Positions 61,594 through 64,000 of a stretch of 64,000 nt of DNA are shown here, piece by piece. The notes below the pieces were generated by a model, which did no database searches, had not been told where the DNA came from, and saw nothing but the letters and a program-made list of their open reading frames with translations. Numbering within the stretch: position 1 is the stretch's first letter; each line of letters opens with the position of its first letter. The DNA comes from Curvularia clavata (lineage: Eukaryota), in contig CP089274.1 in NCBI GenBank assembly GCA_023920165.1, positions 3,162,001 to 3,226,000 on the forward strand, given 5' to 3'. Position numbers and translations under genes: made by a program.

Positions 61594-63014
61594 ATGTTTT
61601 CTATTTCAACTCTAGCGGCATTGAGCACCTTGCTCCCCTTGCTATCCAGTGCACAGAAACTTCGTTCTGATCCTGGTATCGCAGGCCCAGGGCTCGAAAT
61701 TGTTCACCTCTATAATGATCAATGGCCTACTGGTACTTTTTCCTATACCTGACTCGCAAAGTTGATCAAGAAAAGGGACCCATATTAACACAATTTAGGT
61801 ATCACCGTCTCTAAATCGGGGCGTAAATTCTCCAACTACCCTTCCGGTCTTGACCCGAACAACACCAACACGGGCAGCAACAACAAGCACGCGGTAGCAG
61901 AAATCCTAGCCAATGGAACCGAGATTCCATATCCGAGTGTCAAAATCAACAGCCCACCAAATGGAGCAATCAATTACACCGTCTCACCGCCGGTGGGCGC
62001 AAACTACCAGGACTACCTTCTTGGCGTACAAAGCGTCGTGCTAGACCCGAAGGACCGTCTCTGGATTCTCGACACAGGACGTTCCCTAACACCCGATGGC
62101 GTACTCGTTCCCGCATCCCCAGGAGGTCCCAAGCTGGTAGGCGTCGATATTTCCAGCAACACCGTGATCCAAACCATCGTCTTCCCTCCCACCGTTGCAT
62201 TCCCAACCTCATACCTCAACGATGTGAGATTCGACCTGCGCCCCAGCGTCACCGCATCAGGCAAAGGTGTAGCCTACATTACCGACTCCTCCAGCGAAGG
62301 CCGCAACGGCATTGTCATCGTGGACCTCGGTACAGGCGAAAGCTGGCGCCATCTCGACGGCATCAGCGAAGTGCGCGCCGAACGGGGTTTTGTGCCTTAC
62401 GTATGGGGACAACCGCTCTACTACATCCCTGGTCCGGACCAGCCACTCACTACCGTTCCCCTGGGCAGCGATGGCATCGCACTGTCCGCATCCGGCGAGG
62501 ACCTGTACTTTGGGCCCGTCGGCGGCAGATCATTATATAGTATCTCCACTGAGCGCCTGCGTGACCGCAGCCAAAGCTCCGAGTTGCTTGCTCAGGCTGC
62601 GGTGCAGCGTCGGGGTGAGAGGGGCGTGAGCGACGGGTTTGAGACGGACACGAATGGCTTTATCTACGCGGGTAACATGGAGCAGAATGAGATTGGGTTT
62701 TATAACCCGAAGAATGCCTCTATGACGCTTTTTGTTAGGGATCCGAGGATTAGTTGGGTTGATACTAGTGAGTTTTCTTCTTTCGTTTGGATATCCTTCT
62801 ATTTCTTTTTAGTGCTTTTGTTGTCTGTGGAACCAACACCTGCTAACCAGAGAAAACTGCAGTGTCCGTAGGAAGCGATGGCTATCTCTACTTTACCGAC
62901 AACCAGCTTGCGTTTAGCTCGTCGTTCTACCCGGGGACAGACCGCAGAGAGAGGCCTTTTGTCCTGTTTAGGGCGCCGCTGCCGAATAACGGGTCTAGAG
63001 TATTTCTGCAGTAG
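61594..63014 (+). CDS. Secreted major royal jelly protein / yellow family beta-propeller
   Basis: Signal peptide; YNDQWPTG|ITVS..GRKFSNYP; LGVQSVVLDPKDRLWILDTG; YLNDVRFDL; AYITDSS; introns 61733-61798 and 62768-62862. Confidence 0.9.
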
Positions 63015-63118
63015 AGACTAGGGGTAATATAATATGCAATCGATAATCGATTAATTGTAAGGACTCTTCACTACTTAATCTAAAAGGATAATGGAGTTCA
63101 TTCTGTACGCTGCGCATC

Positions 63119-64000
63119 CTACGTTCTTCCAAAGACAAAAATGCCCTTGCCATCCCTATACCCCTCCAAAGTATCTTTAACCTTCGCTATAAGCTCATCT
63201 CCCTTTGTATCCCACTCCCACTTGATCTCATCTACCGGCACATCTTTAAATTCACCCTTCCTCGTCATATCCAGCACATCAGCCACCGTCTTCTGCTTCT
63301 CCTCTGGATTCTTGTCCGCCCACCTGCTTACCCAGAAGCCGTGGAAATGGATATCCTTGAAGATGAGCATCGACGCAGGGATCGTAAGTGGTTGCTTAGA
63401 CATGGCGCCATAGGTGACAAAGTGTGCGGATGAAGACAGGAGTTTGGCCATTGCTGTTGCTGCTTTGCCATTTACACAGTTGAGTGCGAGACGGATGGAT
63501 TCGCGACCGCCATTTGTCCATTCCTTAGCCTGGTCCTTTATGCTTTGCGACTGCAATTCCGCATCTGTAATGACGACGTCTGCGCCGAGATCTTGCAGCT
63601 CCTTCTTCATGGCTTCTTCTTTGCTCTTGTCATCGCGGGCGCGAATCACGTTCATGCTCTTGTAGCCCCATTTCTTACCGAGCTGGATGGCTGCGCGGCC
63701 AACGCCAGAGTTTGCGCCGTTTTGGATGAACCAGTCTCCTTCAGAGAGGATGGTGAAGTCACGCAGCATGCGATAAGCGGTGCATGGGTTGACGGAGACG
63801 GTTCCGGCCTGGATGGCGGTGATGCCTTCGCGCATCTGCTCGTCTAGTTTTACCACGTCATTGGTGGTGGCGCTGGCATGTGTACGCCATGTTCCGAAGC
63901 CAGGACCTTTCATGAATACCCAGTCGCCTTTCTTGAAGCCTTCCTTCTTCACGCCCTCGCCCAATGCAATAATCTCTGCTACGCCCTCATTTCCAGCTAC
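63119..64000 (-). CDS. ETR1: Mitochondrial trans-2-enoyl-ACP/CoA reductase (MECR/Etr1); 5' part lies outside the window
   Basis: GNEGVAEI; GFGTWRTHA; SVNPCTAYRML; IQNGANSGVGRAAIQL; VTYGAMSKQP; IFKDIHFHGFW. Confidence 0.92.
   Translation of the reverse strand, partial: VAGNEGVAEIIALGEGVKKEGFKKGDWVFMKGPGFGTWRTHASATTNDVVKLDEQMREGITAIQAGTVSVNPCTAYRMLRDFTILSEGDWFIQNGANSGVGRAAIQLGKKWGYKSMNVIRARDDKSKEEAMKKELQDLGADVVITDAELQSQSIKDQAKEWTNGGRESIRLALNCVNGKAATAMAKLLSSSAHFVTYGAMSKQPLTIPASMLIFKDIHFHGFWVSRWADKNPEEKQKTVADVLDMTRKGEFKDVPVDEIKWEWDTKGDELIAKVKDTLEGYRDGKGIFVFGRT

Noticed and set aside
1..64000. Transposons, CRISPR arrays, rRNA, secondary-metabolite cluster
   Set aside because: No transposase/RT motifs, terminal repeats, repeat-spacer arrays, rRNA signatures or PKS/NRPS genes seen.

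Overview
Gene-dense, intron-containing genomic DNA from a filamentous ascomycete. GTRAGT/GTATGT donors, CTRAC branch points and ~50-100 nt introns support this; Dothideomycetes/Pleosporales-like is an inference from protein style. I reconstructed 24 protein genes and one intron-containing tRNA-Thr(CGU) by hand. Most are conserved housekeeping genes: Vip1/Asp1 (partial), UTP21, HAC1/hacA, RSC7-like, a Tda3-like FAD oxidoreductase, CrgA/LONRF, Rictor/AVO3, uricase, TOM6, NoxR, CCS1, MRPL23, RCC1, a secreted 5'-nucleotidase, RPB10, UTP17, ISN1, MED17, a yellow/MRJP protein and ETR1 (partial). No transposon, rRNA or CRISPR array is evident. The clearest hidden structure is the 20-nt Ire1-spliced non-spliceosomal intron of hacA (12013-12032) inside a bifurcated stem-loop, which makes a dual-coding region; this mechanism is known. 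More speculative, possibly undescribed candidates: a cassette exon that would switch a C-terminal CaaX motif on the CrgA RING-LON ligase, a NOD-less HeLo-like/ankyrin gene, an unlisted 79-aa three-exon protein, a microsatellite that doubles as a tandem PAC-core array at UTP21, and two structured non-coding segments. All calls come from manual reading without database searches. No new biological system is demonstrated.
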